DNA of 64,000 nt from the IMG/VR virus record IMGVR_UViG_3300032322_001107, positions 1 to 64,000 of that record. One strand, 5' to 3'. The notes under the pieces were generated by a model. That model made no database searches. It had not been told where the DNA came from and saw only the letters and a list, made by a program, of their open reading frames with translations. Source of the stretch: a virus. Positions 1-9,249 of the stretch are shown here, piece by piece. Both the position numbers and the translations under genes were made by a program. The number at the start of each line of letters is the position of its first letter. The stretch's first letter is position 1.

Positions 1-2
1 AG

Positions 3-380
3 TTGGTTCTTCTTCCCAAGTGGGAAAAATCCAAGGGAGCCAGAGCGGAGGTCGCCGTGGCCCAATGGCTAGAAAAACCCTTGCGTCTCTACCCATCTAT
101 GGTTAGATTAGACAAAGAAGATGTGTGCGACATTGCCAAGCGTCTTACTTCCTATGATCGCCAGACCGACTACGGAAGCCCGATTGAAGACTTTACCAAA
201 CAGGCCAAGATGTGGGGAGCCATCCTTGGAACCAATGTGACCCCGCAACAAATCGCCATGTGCATGATTGCGGTCAAGCTTTCCAGACTCACCAACTCAC
301 CCCGTCATCGCGACAGCGTGGCCGATATCTGTGGCTACGCACGGTGTTTAGATCTTTGCAACCAAGCAACCTCTTTATGA
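3..380 (+). CDS. 5'-truncated DUF4406-like / DUF6378-like fusion (nucleotide metabolism-associated phage protein)
   Basis: LLPKWEKSKGARAE resembles the DUF4406 C-terminus. RQTDYGSPIEDF...CMIAVKLSR...DSVADICGYA resembles DUF6378. The ORF runs off the window start. Confidence 0.65.
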   Translation: MVLLPKWEKSKGARAEVAVAQWLEKPLRLYPSMVRLDKEDVCDIAKRLTSYDRQTDYGSPIEDFTKQAKMWGAILGTNVTPQQIAMCMIAVKLSRLTNSPRHRDSVADICGYARCLDLCNQATSL

Positions 381-1162
381 AAAAAATAGCAGTCCTCTCG
401 GACTTCCACTGTGGCCACAAAGTAGGGTTAACCCCAAAAGGCTACCTCCCAGAAGAACCAGCCGAAGAGCGGTCACGTTGGGTTAATGCCAATAAAGCCT
501 ACTACAACTGGTATAGCCAGAATATCCGCAAAAACGGCCCCTACGATATCATCTTTATCAACGGGGATCTTGTGGACGGCACAGGCAAGAAGTCGGGGGG
601 AACAGAGCAGATCACTACCGATATGGAGGAGCAGTGTGATATGGCGGTAAAAATCATCCGCGAAATCCCGAAATCCAAAAACTGCAAAATTGTTATCACT
701 AGGGGAACTCCCTACCATACAGGGGATTCGGAAGACTGGGAGAACATTATTGCAGAACGTGTAGACGCCGCAATTGGAGAGCATGAGTGGGTGGATGTGG
801 AAGGAGTTGTCTTTGATCTTAAGCACCATCCAGCGGGCTCCAGCGGCATTCCCCATGGTCGGCATAGCGGAGTGGCTAGAGATCGCCTCTGGAACCTCAT
901 ATGGTCTGAAAAAGAGCTACAGCCCAAGGGGGATGTCTTTATCCGCTCCCATGTCCATTACCACAACTTTGCAGGAGGCCCAGACTGGCTGGCCATCACC
1001 ACACCAGCCCTACAGGGGTTTGGTTCCCGTTTCGGGGCTAGACGATGCACTGGTATCGTGGACTTTGGATTCTTGATTTTTACAGTCAACAAAGGAACAT
1101 ACACATGGCAACCCATTATAGCAAAACTAGAGGAGCAAAAAGCTCCAATGATAAAATTGTAG
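377..1162 (+). CDS. Calcineurin-like metallophosphoesterase
   Basis: Motifs SDFHCG, INGDLVDG and RSHVH. The ATG at 377 overlaps the previous stop (ATGA) and is more likely than the ORF-track start at 212. Confidence 0.8.
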   Translation: MKKIAVLSDFHCGHKVGLTPKGYLPEEPAEERSRWVNANKAYYNWYSQNIRKNGPYDIIFINGDLVDGTGKKSGGTEQITTDMEEQCDMAVKIIREIPKSKNCKIVITRGTPYHTGDSEDWENIIAERVDAAIGEHEWVDVEGVVFDLKHHPAGSSGIPHGRHSGVARDRLWNLIWSEKELQPKGDVFIRSHVHYHNFAGGPDWLAITTPALQGFGSRFGARRCTGIVDFGFLIFTVNKGTYTWQPIIAKLEEQKAPMIKL

Positions 1163-1395
1163 TCCCGTCTTGGGATAGCATGTGGGAGTCGTTTGACAAC
1201 CACAATCAGAAGACCACCGTTGAGGCAATGAACGCCGAAGGATGGAGAACAATCGATCAGGTCACACAAAAGACAGGTCTATCAAGCCCACGAATCTACA
1301 ACATGGTTCGCGAGGGAAAGTTTGAGACCGTTAAGAAGAAGGTTTTTTACGGAGGAAAAACCAGAGATATTAAGTTTGTTAGGCCCAAATGTTAG
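1105..1395 (+). CDS. Small HTH DNA-binding protein (AlpA/excisionase-like)
   Basis: TIDQVTQKTGLSSPRIYNMVREGKF matches an HTH pattern. Start is uncertain. Confidence 0.55.
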   Translation: MATHYSKTRGAKSSNDKIVVPSWDSMWESFDNHNQKTTVEAMNAEGWRTIDQVTQKTGLSSPRIYNMVREGKFETVKKKVFYGGKTRDIKFVRPKC

Positions 1396-1817
1396 CTCAA
1401 ATCAAACAACTTAAAGTTAACATCGATGACCGTGGATGCTTAACGGAAATATTCCGATTAACCGATGATTCTCACGGATTTGGTCAAGCCTATGTCACAA
1501 CCTGTACACAAGGAGTTATTAAGGCTTGGCACCGCCATAAAAAACAGGTGGATCGCTGGTATTGTGTAAGTGGAGCGGCAAGGCTTGGTCTATACAATAG
1601 TGAATCGGGAGTTAGTCAAACTATCATTCTGTCATCTTCTGTTCCCATGCTTGTGACAATTCCTGCTGGTATTTGGCATGGGTTTACTCCAGCTTGGGGA
1701 TATCGTGAAGCAGCCATAATTAATATGCCATCTACTCCATACAATATTAAGAATCCCGATGAAGACAGGGTCGGCCCATATGCGTTCAATTATAACTGGA
1801 GTCCCGAATCACGATGA
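1389..1817 (+). CDS. rmlC: dTDP-4-dehydrorhamnose 3,5-epimerase-like cupin
   Basis: DDRGCLTEIFR, IKAWHRHKKQVD and IPAGIWHGF are RmlC/cupin motifs. Confidence 0.8.
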   Translation: MLAQIKQLKVNIDDRGCLTEIFRLTDDSHGFGQAYVTTCTQGVIKAWHRHKKQVDRWYCVSGAARLGLYNSESGVSQTIILSSSVPMLVTIPAGIWHGFTPAWGYREAAIINMPSTPYNIKNPDEDRVGPYAFNYNWSPESR

Positions 1818-2848
1818 TTGCTATAGCTACATACGCCACTAAAAAGTATTTCTATTGTTGGAAACAGGTATTGCGCCACATCACCGCAGCAGCCTCCCAT
1901 CACAAAGAGGCGCACTTTATCTTGGCTACCGATACCAGCAAAGAGGCCAAAGAAGCCTTGGAAATAGCCCGCCATGAACTACCAGAAGGATGGAAGGTGG
2001 CATCCATCAATATGGAGGTTGATGACTCAGAAGGAGAAAAATACAAAGAGAAAAGCCAGATTCTAATTGCTGCTCTTCAGGGTGCTGCGTTCGGCCTTGC
2101 CCGTAAAATCAGGGCCACTTCTCTATGGAGCGTGGAAAGCGACATGCTGGTTAGCGCCGAAAGCCTGAGAGTGGCGGAGTGGGTGTTACAGATGCCACAG
2201 GCAGACGGAACTCCTTATTATGATGTGGCGGCGGTGACCTATCCCAATGGATTGTTCTTGGGGGGATTTGGAAGCCCGCAATCGGCCATTAATGAAGACT
2301 TTACCATGGAAGAGCGCAAGGTTCCCGAAAGATTAAAGAATGCATTCAAAGCCTGCGAAGCCCGACTCAAAGAATGCAAAGACAAAAAAGTGGCTGAGAA
2401 GGAAATGAAACGCATGGGCAGGCTGCGAGACCGAATCAAAAAATGTCCACCAGATGGTAATATATGGGAGATTACAGCAAAATATGGGTGGAGAAGGAGA
2501 GGGTGGATGGACTTTGCCTATCCAGCTATTGGAAGAGGATCGATTGTTCCATCTGATTGGTGCGGACTTGGATGCACTTTGCTGAGTCAGAAAGCTCTCT
2601 CTTTAGCCACATTTGAGGGCTATGATGGTCGGGGCACCCAAGACCTCTATCTCTGCTGGCATAGGTGGAATCCAGCAGGAATCCGCATTGCCTGTGTCCC
2701 CCATACAGTGTGCGACCATGTGAAGCGCAAACCGTCCGAAGCCCCAGAAGGCACTCCAGACATTATTCATTATAAGGCTCACCATGAGACACAAGGAGAA
2801 TTTAGGGGCCATTTGCGGTATGATTCCAAGCCTTGGATTAGTTGTTAA
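1814..2848 (+). CDS. Putative GT-A fold glycosyltransferase
   Basis: N-terminal IAIATYAT strand, VESD (DxD-like), WCGLGCTLLS, TQDLYLC and VCDH motifs. Confidence 0.6.
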   Translation: MIAIATYATKKYFYCWKQVLRHITAAASHHKEAHFILATDTSKEAKEALEIARHELPEGWKVASINMEVDDSEGEKYKEKSQILIAALQGAAFGLARKIRATSLWSVESDMLVSAESLRVAEWVLQMPQADGTPYYDVAAVTYPNGLFLGGFGSPQSAINEDFTMEERKVPERLKNAFKACEARLKECKDKKVAEKEMKRMGRLRDRIKKCPPDGNIWEITAKYGWRRRGWMDFAYPAIGRGSIVPSDWCGLGCTLLSQKALSLATFEGYDGRGTQDLYLCWHRWNPAGIRIACVPHTVCDHVKRKPSEAPEGTPDIIHYKAHHETQGEFRGHLRYDSKPWISC

Positions 2849-4713
2849 TCATCTACAATATTTATAAAAGACAGCGGAATTGGCCAAGCTTCTGTGGAAG
2901 ATTCGCGTTGTTGATTAAGACGGGGGAATCCAATATTACCCCCGCCATGCCAATCTTCAAGAAATTTATACGCAGTAATTTCGGCTCCGTTGTTCCAAGA
3001 AATATTTTTCGGATGGCTTAAAAATTCTACTTCCTCTGATCCATGCTCATAATATTTTGTATAAAATCCATCAGCAAGTGTCGCTTCTCCTTTTTGCTTT
3101 CCCCCTAAAATATAATGTGATTCTGCAAATGTTTGCGGATTTGCTGATGATATTCTATAAAACGATGTTGACTGGCCAAATGTAGACAAAACTCCAGTTT
3201 CTATATTATTTCCAATGGTTGCGGTAAATCTTGATCCATAAAAGCTATATGTCGAATTACTAGATGACCTAGATCCAGTTAATGGTAACACAGCTTGATG
3301 TGTATGCTCCGCAAACCTTGGGGCGCGAATTGGCAAAGAATAGCTTCCACCCCCGTTGTCGGAGGAGTTTAATTTGCAGGCATATTCGACGCTATAATGT
3401 GTAGAAAGAAATTCAATAGGAAATCCTCTTATATAATCAAGACCCTTTCTTGTTATTTCTAAAAATTGTGGAAGCCTTTCTGTAAAAAGGCCAGATGCTG
3501 TTCCTATTGGGTGGTTTGGGTTTGAAAAAGATGAAGATGAAAGATAACCTCCAAATTCTATCAAATCTGTCCATTCTTGTGTTGTTAAAAAAGTTTTCGC
3601 AACTTTTGCTGGGTAAAAATTAATTGTTGTTATTTGTGTAACCCATCCTGTTGTTTCTAATGTTTCAAAAAAACCCTGATTAAATGGGGTGAATTCTCTT
3701 GTGAACGTCCTTGGAGCATTCGTTGTGTATCTTGTTTCTATCGAACCAGCATGGCTATTTCCACCAACAGAAACAACGGATGGAACAAATGGTGAATTTA
3801 CACCTCCAAAAGTAGTTGCCCCAGACGTTCCTGTTGTTGATGATATTTTTTCTGTAGATGGATTTGAGTTGGCCAAGTCCCACTGTGTTATTTCATTTTC
3901 AATAATAGTGCTTGACGTTTTTGTATAGCCAGTTAGGTTAACAAACGATAAAATATCATATGTTTCTTCAACATTAACGTAGGTTGAAGCGTTGCCAAAT
4001 GTAACTTCAGAAGTTGCTGGAGCTATGTTTCCGAATCTTGAGTACCTTCTTCTGGTTGTTTGTCCAAGAGTTAAAATTGTTTCAAAAGAAATCGTTTTCC
4101 ATGTTGGAACATTGACCCAAGAATCAGAAAAAACCGTTGTTGTTGCGGTTCCTTGAGACCACGTTGTTAGCGTTGTAATTGAATTTGCTGTTGTAACCCT
4201 GTAATTGGTGTTTGTTGTTGTGGTATTTTTTCCAAGAATTGTTTCCGTTGTTAGTTCATAAGAAAATAATTCATGCGTAGATCTTGACCAATCAGTGTCT
4301 ACTATTATATCAGAGCATGTTTCGTATCCAGCGGAATCAAAATCTCCGTCCACAATACCAGTATATTTTTCTCCACCAAAAGACACAGACTGTGTTCCGT
4401 TTGAATAATTTATAGTATGTGCAAAAGCTTGAATAAATGAAACGGTGTCTCCTATTGTTCCCTCACAGGCAAAACTAAAGTTTTCATCATCATATTTTGT
4501 GTGTCCTGAAAGAATTTCACTATTAAACCAATAGCTTTCTTTAAGATCATAAAAATTTCTTGTTATAGTTTCATAAAATGCCACCTCTGTTCCCGATGCC
4601 GTTGGAAACGCGCTGAATGTTGTTCTTGTTATTCCACCTTCGTTACTACCTCCAGCCTCTTGATATTCACCAAGAATGTCGCTTTTCTCAACAATCTCTT
4701 CCCAAGTTATCAT
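2845..4713 (-). CDS. Thr/Ser-rich hypothetical protein, probably virion-associated
   Basis: 622-aa ORF with beta-rich composition in AT-rich DNA. It is the last gene of a three-gene operon. Confidence 0.55.
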   Translation of the reverse strand: MITWEEIVEKSDILGEYQEAGGSNEGGITRTTFSAFPTASGTEVAFYETITRNFYDLKESYWFNSEILSGHTKYDDENFSFACEGTIGDTVSFIQAFAHTINYSNGTQSVSFGGEKYTGIVDGDFDSAGYETCSDIIVDTDWSRSTHELFSYELTTETILGKNTTTTNTNYRVTTANSITTLTTWSQGTATTTVFSDSWVNVPTWKTISFETILTLGQTTRRRYSRFGNIAPATSEVTFGNASTYVNVEETYDILSFVNLTGYTKTSSTIIENEITQWDLANSNPSTEKISSTTGTSGATTFGGVNSPFVPSVVSVGGNSHAGSIETRYTTNAPRTFTREFTPFNQGFFETLETTGWVTQITTINFYPAKVAKTFLTTQEWTDLIEFGGYLSSSSFSNPNHPIGTASGLFTERLPQFLEITRKGLDYIRGFPIEFLSTHYSVEYACKLNSSDNGGGSYSLPIRAPRFAEHTHQAVLPLTGSRSSSNSTYSFYGSRFTATIGNNIETGVLSTFGQSTSFYRISSANPQTFAESHYILGGKQKGEATLADGFYTKYYEHGSEEVEFLSHPKNISWNNGAEITAYKFLEDWHGGGNIGFPRLNQQRESSTEAWPIPLSFINIVDD

Positions 4714-4716
4714 TTG

Positions 4717-5589
4717 TTATCCGCTTATTTTTACCCAAGTATACCAATTATCATATGGCAAAAGACCAGCCTGTGGGTTGGCCCTATCTGTTGTTATTCT
4801 TTTGAGTGCGTTGTATGCCAAATTGTTAAAAACAATTTGAAATATGTTATTATTGATAACAATTCCAAGAAGCACCTTAAATTGGCTTGGTGTCCCCCAC
4901 TTTACGGGCGACTCTTCTCCAGCGGGTGGGGAATTTTGAACCCCAAGGACAGAAGAAACAATTCTATTAGAGACGGCATTGACTGTTAAAACTACATATA
5001 TCGTTTGAGAAAAGGAAAACAATTCATCCCAATTTCCAGCAACAACATTATTAATTGTACCCGCATTTACTGTGATCGCGTTCGGCGCGGTAAAGGAAAT
5101 TTTGAATGGATGGTTTTGTTCTGCTGCTGTTCCAGTTGATTCTTCGGCAACTTCTGGCTTTCTGTTAAGCCGTGCAACATATGGTGTGCTGGGCCAAAGA
5201 TTGACTGGAGAAAGTGGGGTTGATATAACATCGGTCACAGCCTGCCTAAATGCTGATTGTTGCGATGAGTATTGTGCGGCTTCTGCTTTTATTGTTTCAC
5301 CAGCAAGCCAGTTTGACACTCTTCCAGTTTGCTCAAATCTTTTTAATTCTCTTTCAAGCTTTCTTCCAAGAGATCCACCCTGATTGGCAATTTCTCTAAG
5401 ATTTGAATTGCCATATTGAAGCGCGTTTGTGGCAGTTTCTCTTTGTTGTTTTTTTTCTATATTGCGTAACGCTTCGGCTTCTGCCCTCTCCTTAATAGGT
5501 GTATTGCGTTCTTTTTCAGATTGTATGCGACCTTCTTCAACAATTCTCTTCCTTTCTCTAGCCGCATCTTCGTTTGTCATGTGAGTCAA
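4717..5589 (-). CDS. Hypothetical protein (coiled-coil N-terminus, beta-rich C-terminus)
   Basis: 290-aa ORF tightly packed between its neighbours. The start could be the ATG at 5580. Confidence 0.6.
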   Translation of the reverse strand: MTHMTNEDAARERKRIVEEGRIQSEKERNTPIKERAEAEALRNIEKKQQRETATNALQYGNSNLREIANQGGSLGRKLERELKRFEQTGRVSNWLAGETIKAEAAQYSSQQSAFRQAVTDVISTPLSPVNLWPSTPYVARLNRKPEVAEESTGTAAEQNHPFKISFTAPNAITVNAGTINNVVAGNWDELFSFSQTIYVVLTVNAVSNRIVSSVLGVQNSPPAGEESPVKWGTPSQFKVLLGIVINNNIFQIVFNNLAYNALKRITTDRANPQAGLLPYDNWYTWVKISG

Positions 5590-7961
5590 GAAAGTATAGA
5601 GGCGTCAAAACTAGTAGCGCGGACTAAAAACCATCCAAATTTATATGGCTCGGCAGAGGAACTAATAAGATATTTTCCACTTCTTGGTATATTATTTGGA
5701 CTTGTTCTTGGTATGCTAAAATTTACATTTACCTCTAATTCGTGTTCAAGCGGAATTTCTATATTTACTTCTGGATGAACAATGGTTGATCCGCCATCTG
5801 TTGTTGTGGTTATGGTCTCATAATTCAGTCTTATTGTTTCTGAATCGGCTTCAAGAGTTTCTGATGCGTTAACACTTATTCCCTCTGTCAAGCATGGAGG
5901 AATGTTTATTGATATTGGATTCAAAGACACGAGAGATTCTTCGGTGTTTCCTTTTGTCGGAAGATATCCATATCCAATTGGTGTATTATTTACCTGTAAT
6001 GCTCTTGAAATATATGCTCGTATTTCTTTTTTTTCTGTTTTACCAAAAACTGTGGTTATAAAACTTTTGGGTTTAAACACGGGCCAATTTGCTGATGCGC
6101 CGACCTTGCTTCTTATTGCAGATGATGTCAGGCTTTCCTTTTTTAGGAAAAATAAATGAAGTGTTGCTGGAAGATTTTTTCCCCAAATATCTTCAAATTC
6201 AACTTCTATTTTAGGAACAATAGAAAGCGTCGAAGAAACAGATCCATCATCTTGTTGTGTTAGTGATTTAAATCCACCACTACCACCAGTTGTATCAAGC
6301 TCGCTTACCAAGCTTGATTTTTGTGTTTCAAAAAGAACGCTAACATCTTTAAGAACTCTTGGCAGATCCAAGTCTATAGATGTTGGCATTGTTACGCTAA
6401 ATGCCGAAAGCGTTGCGTTAAGCTGTGACGAATCATACTCTCTAACAAGATGATGAATATCTCCAAGTCCCTCTCCTTCTACGGTAGATGAATTTGGGAT
6501 AGATGTGGAAATATATTCTCTAAACGGGATATTAATTCCCCAGTTTTCTTCCAGTCTTTGGCTTTGGACTTCGTTAAAAATATCTTCTCTTTCAACAACC
6601 GATTTTTGAACAGTAAAATTTGTCGTTCTTTGTTCCGTTTTTGAATATTCTGTTTCTGATAAAACTGGCTGTTGCGCTTCTTCTTGTTCTACGATCTCCT
6701 CTGTTCTGTTTATTGGGGCATTTACGCGAAATTTTTCTGGTATTGTATCTGGCTTTGTTACTGTAAGGGTTTTCGCGTCAAAAACGTCTGGAACCCTGAC
6801 TTCTGTCTTGATAGTTCTTCCGTCACCAAGCGCCTCAATAGATCCATCGATGAGCAGGGCGTCTGGCTGAATTGATTGGGTTTCGGCGGAAAGCCTAAGA
6901 GTGCGAATTGCTACTTGGCCTTGTGGCGTAATAACAGTTTCAGCAAGATCTGTAGATGCGCTAACATCTCTTGTGTTGGTGGAAACACGTTTAACAAATT
7001 GTGTAACCTGTTGTTCTGATTTGGAAAACTCTCCAGTGCCCAAGGCAATGTTAAGGTTGATGGCCCCAGCAATTGTTTCTTCAGTGGTTGTGTCCTCCTG
7101 TGCTGCGCGGAATTTTTCTGGAGTAAGATCAACCTTTGTTTTTTGAATGGATTTACCATTAAACACTTCTGGCGTATCAACAACACGCTCAACTAAAGAT
7201 TCGGCGTCATCGCGGGAAACCTCAACAGTCCTAGTTGCCGTAGGATTTGGAGGAACATAATTTAAAGCGGCCTTGCGTTGGGTGGTAACGGTGACTAGTT
7301 GGCCCTCGTTGTTGGTAGCTTTACCAACTAGTTGCGGGCCGTCCACTTTGTAGGTCTGAACAATCTTAACTGAAAGAAATTCGTTGTACGGCTCGTAGGA
7401 AGTCTGGGTGATGACTCCGTTGACGTTCTCCAGTGCCCCTTCCTCTTCGCCCGTAGGAACGAAGAGTTGGCGGCGTTCTTGAACGGCTCCGCGAGAAGCA
7501 TCATAAAAATCTCGATCTTTAATTGGGAAGAGGGAATTGCCGTCTTCATCCGTTTTAATCGACCAAGTTTCTTCAATCTCATTTGAAACAATGGCAGAAC
7601 CATCGCGTCCCTCGTATGAAATTTTCTTTTCTGTGGTCAGGTCGGCTTGTTGGCCCTCATTCTTAACTGCTCGCCGCCTTCCCTGAATTGGGCCCAGATC
7701 ATCATCATAGCGTGTAAACGGAACCCAAGGGGCAGGCAAGATTTCATAGATATGGGTAACAATCTGATCTCCACTTGCTGGCTGCGCCCCAGTGAATACA
7801 TGGTTGGGATAACGCTTGGAATCTGGATGCGGGCTAAGATCTTCAGGAACTCTATAGCCAGCGGTTCTTGGGTCACGCTTAATCCCAATTACAGGGTAGT
7901 CACGATCATTTGCCGCATAAGAAACAACATATGATCTATCGATAGGAGGATAATCGGCCAT
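5586..7961 (-). CDS. Large repeat-containing hypothetical protein, probably virion-associated
   Basis: 791 aa with an internal repeat (PEVFNGKSIQKTKVDLTPEKFR / PDVFDAKTLTVTKPDTIPEKFR) and its own promoter upstream. Confidence 0.65.
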   Translation of the reverse strand: MADYPPIDRSYVVSYAANDRDYPVIGIKRDPRTAGYRVPEDLSPHPDSKRYPNHVFTGAQPASGDQIVTHIYEILPAPWVPFTRYDDDLGPIQGRRRAVKNEGQQADLTTEKKISYEGRDGSAIVSNEIEETWSIKTDEDGNSLFPIKDRDFYDASRGAVQERRQLFVPTGEEEGALENVNGVITQTSYEPYNEFLSVKIVQTYKVDGPQLVGKATNNEGQLVTVTTQRKAALNYVPPNPTATRTVEVSRDDAESLVERVVDTPEVFNGKSIQKTKVDLTPEKFRAAQEDTTTEETIAGAINLNIALGTGEFSKSEQQVTQFVKRVSTNTRDVSASTDLAETVITPQGQVAIRTLRLSAETQSIQPDALLIDGSIEALGDGRTIKTEVRVPDVFDAKTLTVTKPDTIPEKFRVNAPINRTEEIVEQEEAQQPVLSETEYSKTEQRTTNFTVQKSVVEREDIFNEVQSQRLEENWGINIPFREYISTSIPNSSTVEGEGLGDIHHLVREYDSSQLNATLSAFSVTMPTSIDLDLPRVLKDVSVLFETQKSSLVSELDTTGGSGGFKSLTQQDDGSVSSTLSIVPKIEVEFEDIWGKNLPATLHLFFLKKESLTSSAIRSKVGASANWPVFKPKSFITTVFGKTEKKEIRAYISRALQVNNTPIGYGYLPTKGNTEESLVSLNPISINIPPCLTEGISVNASETLEADSETIRLNYETITTTTDGGSTIVHPEVNIEIPLEHELEVNVNFSIPRTSPNNIPRSGKYLISSSAEPYKFGWFLVRATSFDASILS

Positions 7962-7972
7962 GGAATCCCGAA

Positions 7973-8001
7973 AACTTACTCTAAAAAAGGATGGGCGGCA
8001 A
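7973..8001 (-). promoter_or_regulatory. Sigma70-like promoter for the 7961 operon
   Basis: TTGCCG-17 bp-TAAGTT on the minus strand, 11 nt upstream of ATG 7961. Confidence 0.5.
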
Positions 8002-8014
8002 GATGATTTTCCGC

Positions 8015-8042
8015 TTGCAATGGTTAATGATCATGCTAGATT
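8015..8042 (+). promoter_or_regulatory. Sigma70-like promoter (extended -10) driving a short RNA
   Basis: TTGCAA-16 bp-TAGATT with TG immediately upstream of the -10 (TGcTAGATT). Confidence 0.5.
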
Positions 8043-8048
8043 CCAGAT

Positions 8049-8121
8049 TGGAAGGCATTCGTCTTCCTGTTTTCATGTGTGTGGGGCGGGGTCGAGCTAA
8101 AAACTCGGCCCCGCTTTTTTT
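8049..8121 (+). ncRNA. Putative small RNA (5' hairpin, unpaired seed, intrinsic terminator)
   Basis: GGAAGGC-ATTC-GTCTTCC hairpin, then unpaired TGTTTTCATGTGTGTGG, then a terminator. Bounded by a promoter. Confidence 0.5.
8086..8121 (+). terminator. Rho-independent terminator
   Basis: GCGGGGTCGAG-loop-CTCGGCCCCGC followed by seven Ts. Confidence 0.8.
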
Positions 8122-8127
8122 GAACGC

Positions 8128-8154
8128 TTGACAAGATTGGTTGTCGGATATAAC
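8128..8154 (+). promoter_or_regulatory. Sigma70-like promoter
   Basis: Consensus TTGACA at 8128 with a TATAAC-like -10, upstream of ATG 8171. Confidence 0.5.
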
Positions 8155-8170
8155 GAACACATCTACCTAT

Positions 8171-8794
8171 ATGGCATATCAATCCAACCAACCCAAAGCA
8201 CCAGTCCTATCACATTTCACCTTGGCTAAAAACGGGCCGAAGCTCGTAGTCATTAAATCAGCCCCAAAGTGGGTCAAAAATAATTCATTGTGCGTTATCG
8301 AATTGATTGTTGATGGCGTGGCCCATGTGTATTTCACTGAAAACAAAGACATTGCGTCGAAGTTCCAGCAATATGTGGGTAAGTCCGTAGTGCTGATTGC
8401 CTCTGGCAACTCCAAGCAGAAGACCGATTCCATGGAGATTCAGCCCGCTGGGGTTCCTGCTTCCAGTCTGCCCGCAGTCCAAAGCGCCCCGCAACAAGCC
8501 CAGAAGCCCGTAGAACAGGTTATTACGGCCCCAGTCCACAGGGACAAAGAAGCTAAGCAATTCCTTTGTCAGGCGGCAAACCTGATGCGTCTGTGCGTCA
8601 AGAAGGCCAACGACATTGCGGTAGAACTAAACCTTCCCGAACAGCACCGTCAGGGAATTGCGACCACCCTTTTCATTCAGGCAGATCGCCAAGGCCATAT
8701 TTCAGCCATGCCAATTACAGCTTACACCCCCGAACAATTGGGCTTCGGGTCAAGCAAGGCCGAATCCCTGAATAGTCCACAAGCGAATGACTAA
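8171..8794 (+). CDS. Hypothetical protein (possible ssDNA-binding or recombination protein)
   Basis: Beta-rich N-terminal half, P/Q linker and helical C-terminus. Lies upstream of a Cas4-like nuclease. Confidence 0.55.
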   Translation: MAYQSNQPKAPVLSHFTLAKNGPKLVVIKSAPKWVKNNSLCVIELIVDGVAHVYFTENKDIASKFQQYVGKSVVLIASGNSKQKTDSMEIQPAGVPASSLPAVQSAPQQAQKPVEQVITAPVHRDKEAKQFLCQAANLMRLCVKKANDIAVELNLPEQHRQGIATTLFIQADRQGHISAMPITAYTPEQLGFGSSKAESLNSPQAND

Positions 8795-9062
8795 CTATGG
8801 AGGATGCGGGGATTCCAGACGAAACCACGGCATCGAAATTCTGTCGCATGATAAGGGATCATTCCTCGTTCAAAGTCGGACGAATCGCGAAGACTACTAC
8901 ATGGTGGAATTCGCTACCGATGAAGTCGGGGATATCACAGGGTGTTCCTGCACTTGTCCAAGCTATCAATTCCGCAAAGGGTGCTTCCACATCCGATACC
9001 TCTGTAAACTCTTGGGCGTCGAAACGCCGAAACCAACAAACAACCAACTAATAGCAGCATAA
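8787..9062 (+). CDS. SWIM zinc-finger protein
   Basis: CTCPSYQFRKGCFH matches CxC...CxH. Confidence 0.7.
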   Translation: MTNYGGCGDSRRNHGIEILSHDKGSFLVQSRTNREDYYMVEFATDEVGDITGCSCTCPSYQFRKGCFHIRYLCKLLGVETPKPTNNQLIAA

Positions 9063-9065
9063 TAT

Positions 9066-9227
9066 ATGAAGAAGTCAGCACAACAAAAGAAGGTCAACAA
9101 AGTCATGGGGGAATACGGTAAGGGCAAACTTAAAAGTGGCTCTGGCAAAAAGGTTACCAGCCAGAAGCAGGCCGTAGCTATCGCGATGAGCGAGGCTGGT
9201 ATGAGCAAGAAGAAAAAGAAACGCTAA
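9066..9227 (+). CDS. Small Lys-rich protein (DUF6496-like), 53 aa, absent from ORF track
   Basis: Translates as MKKSAQQKKVNKVMGEYGKGKLKSGSGKKVTSQKQAVAIAMSEAGMSKKKKKR. Confidence 0.75.
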   Translation: MKKSAQQKKVNKVMGEYGKGKLKSGSGKKVTSQKQAVAIAMSEAGMSKKKKKR

Positions 9228-9249
9228 GTCTACAATCACACTGGGGTAT

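Noticed and set aside
212-376. N-terminal extension of the phosphoesterase in the ORF track
   Set aside because: It overlaps the upstream gene, and the ATG at 377 gives a canonical domain start.
8797-9051. Alternative-frame ORF overlapping the SWIM gene
   Set aside because: It has no recognisable motif, unlike the RusA case. The SWIM frame explains the region.
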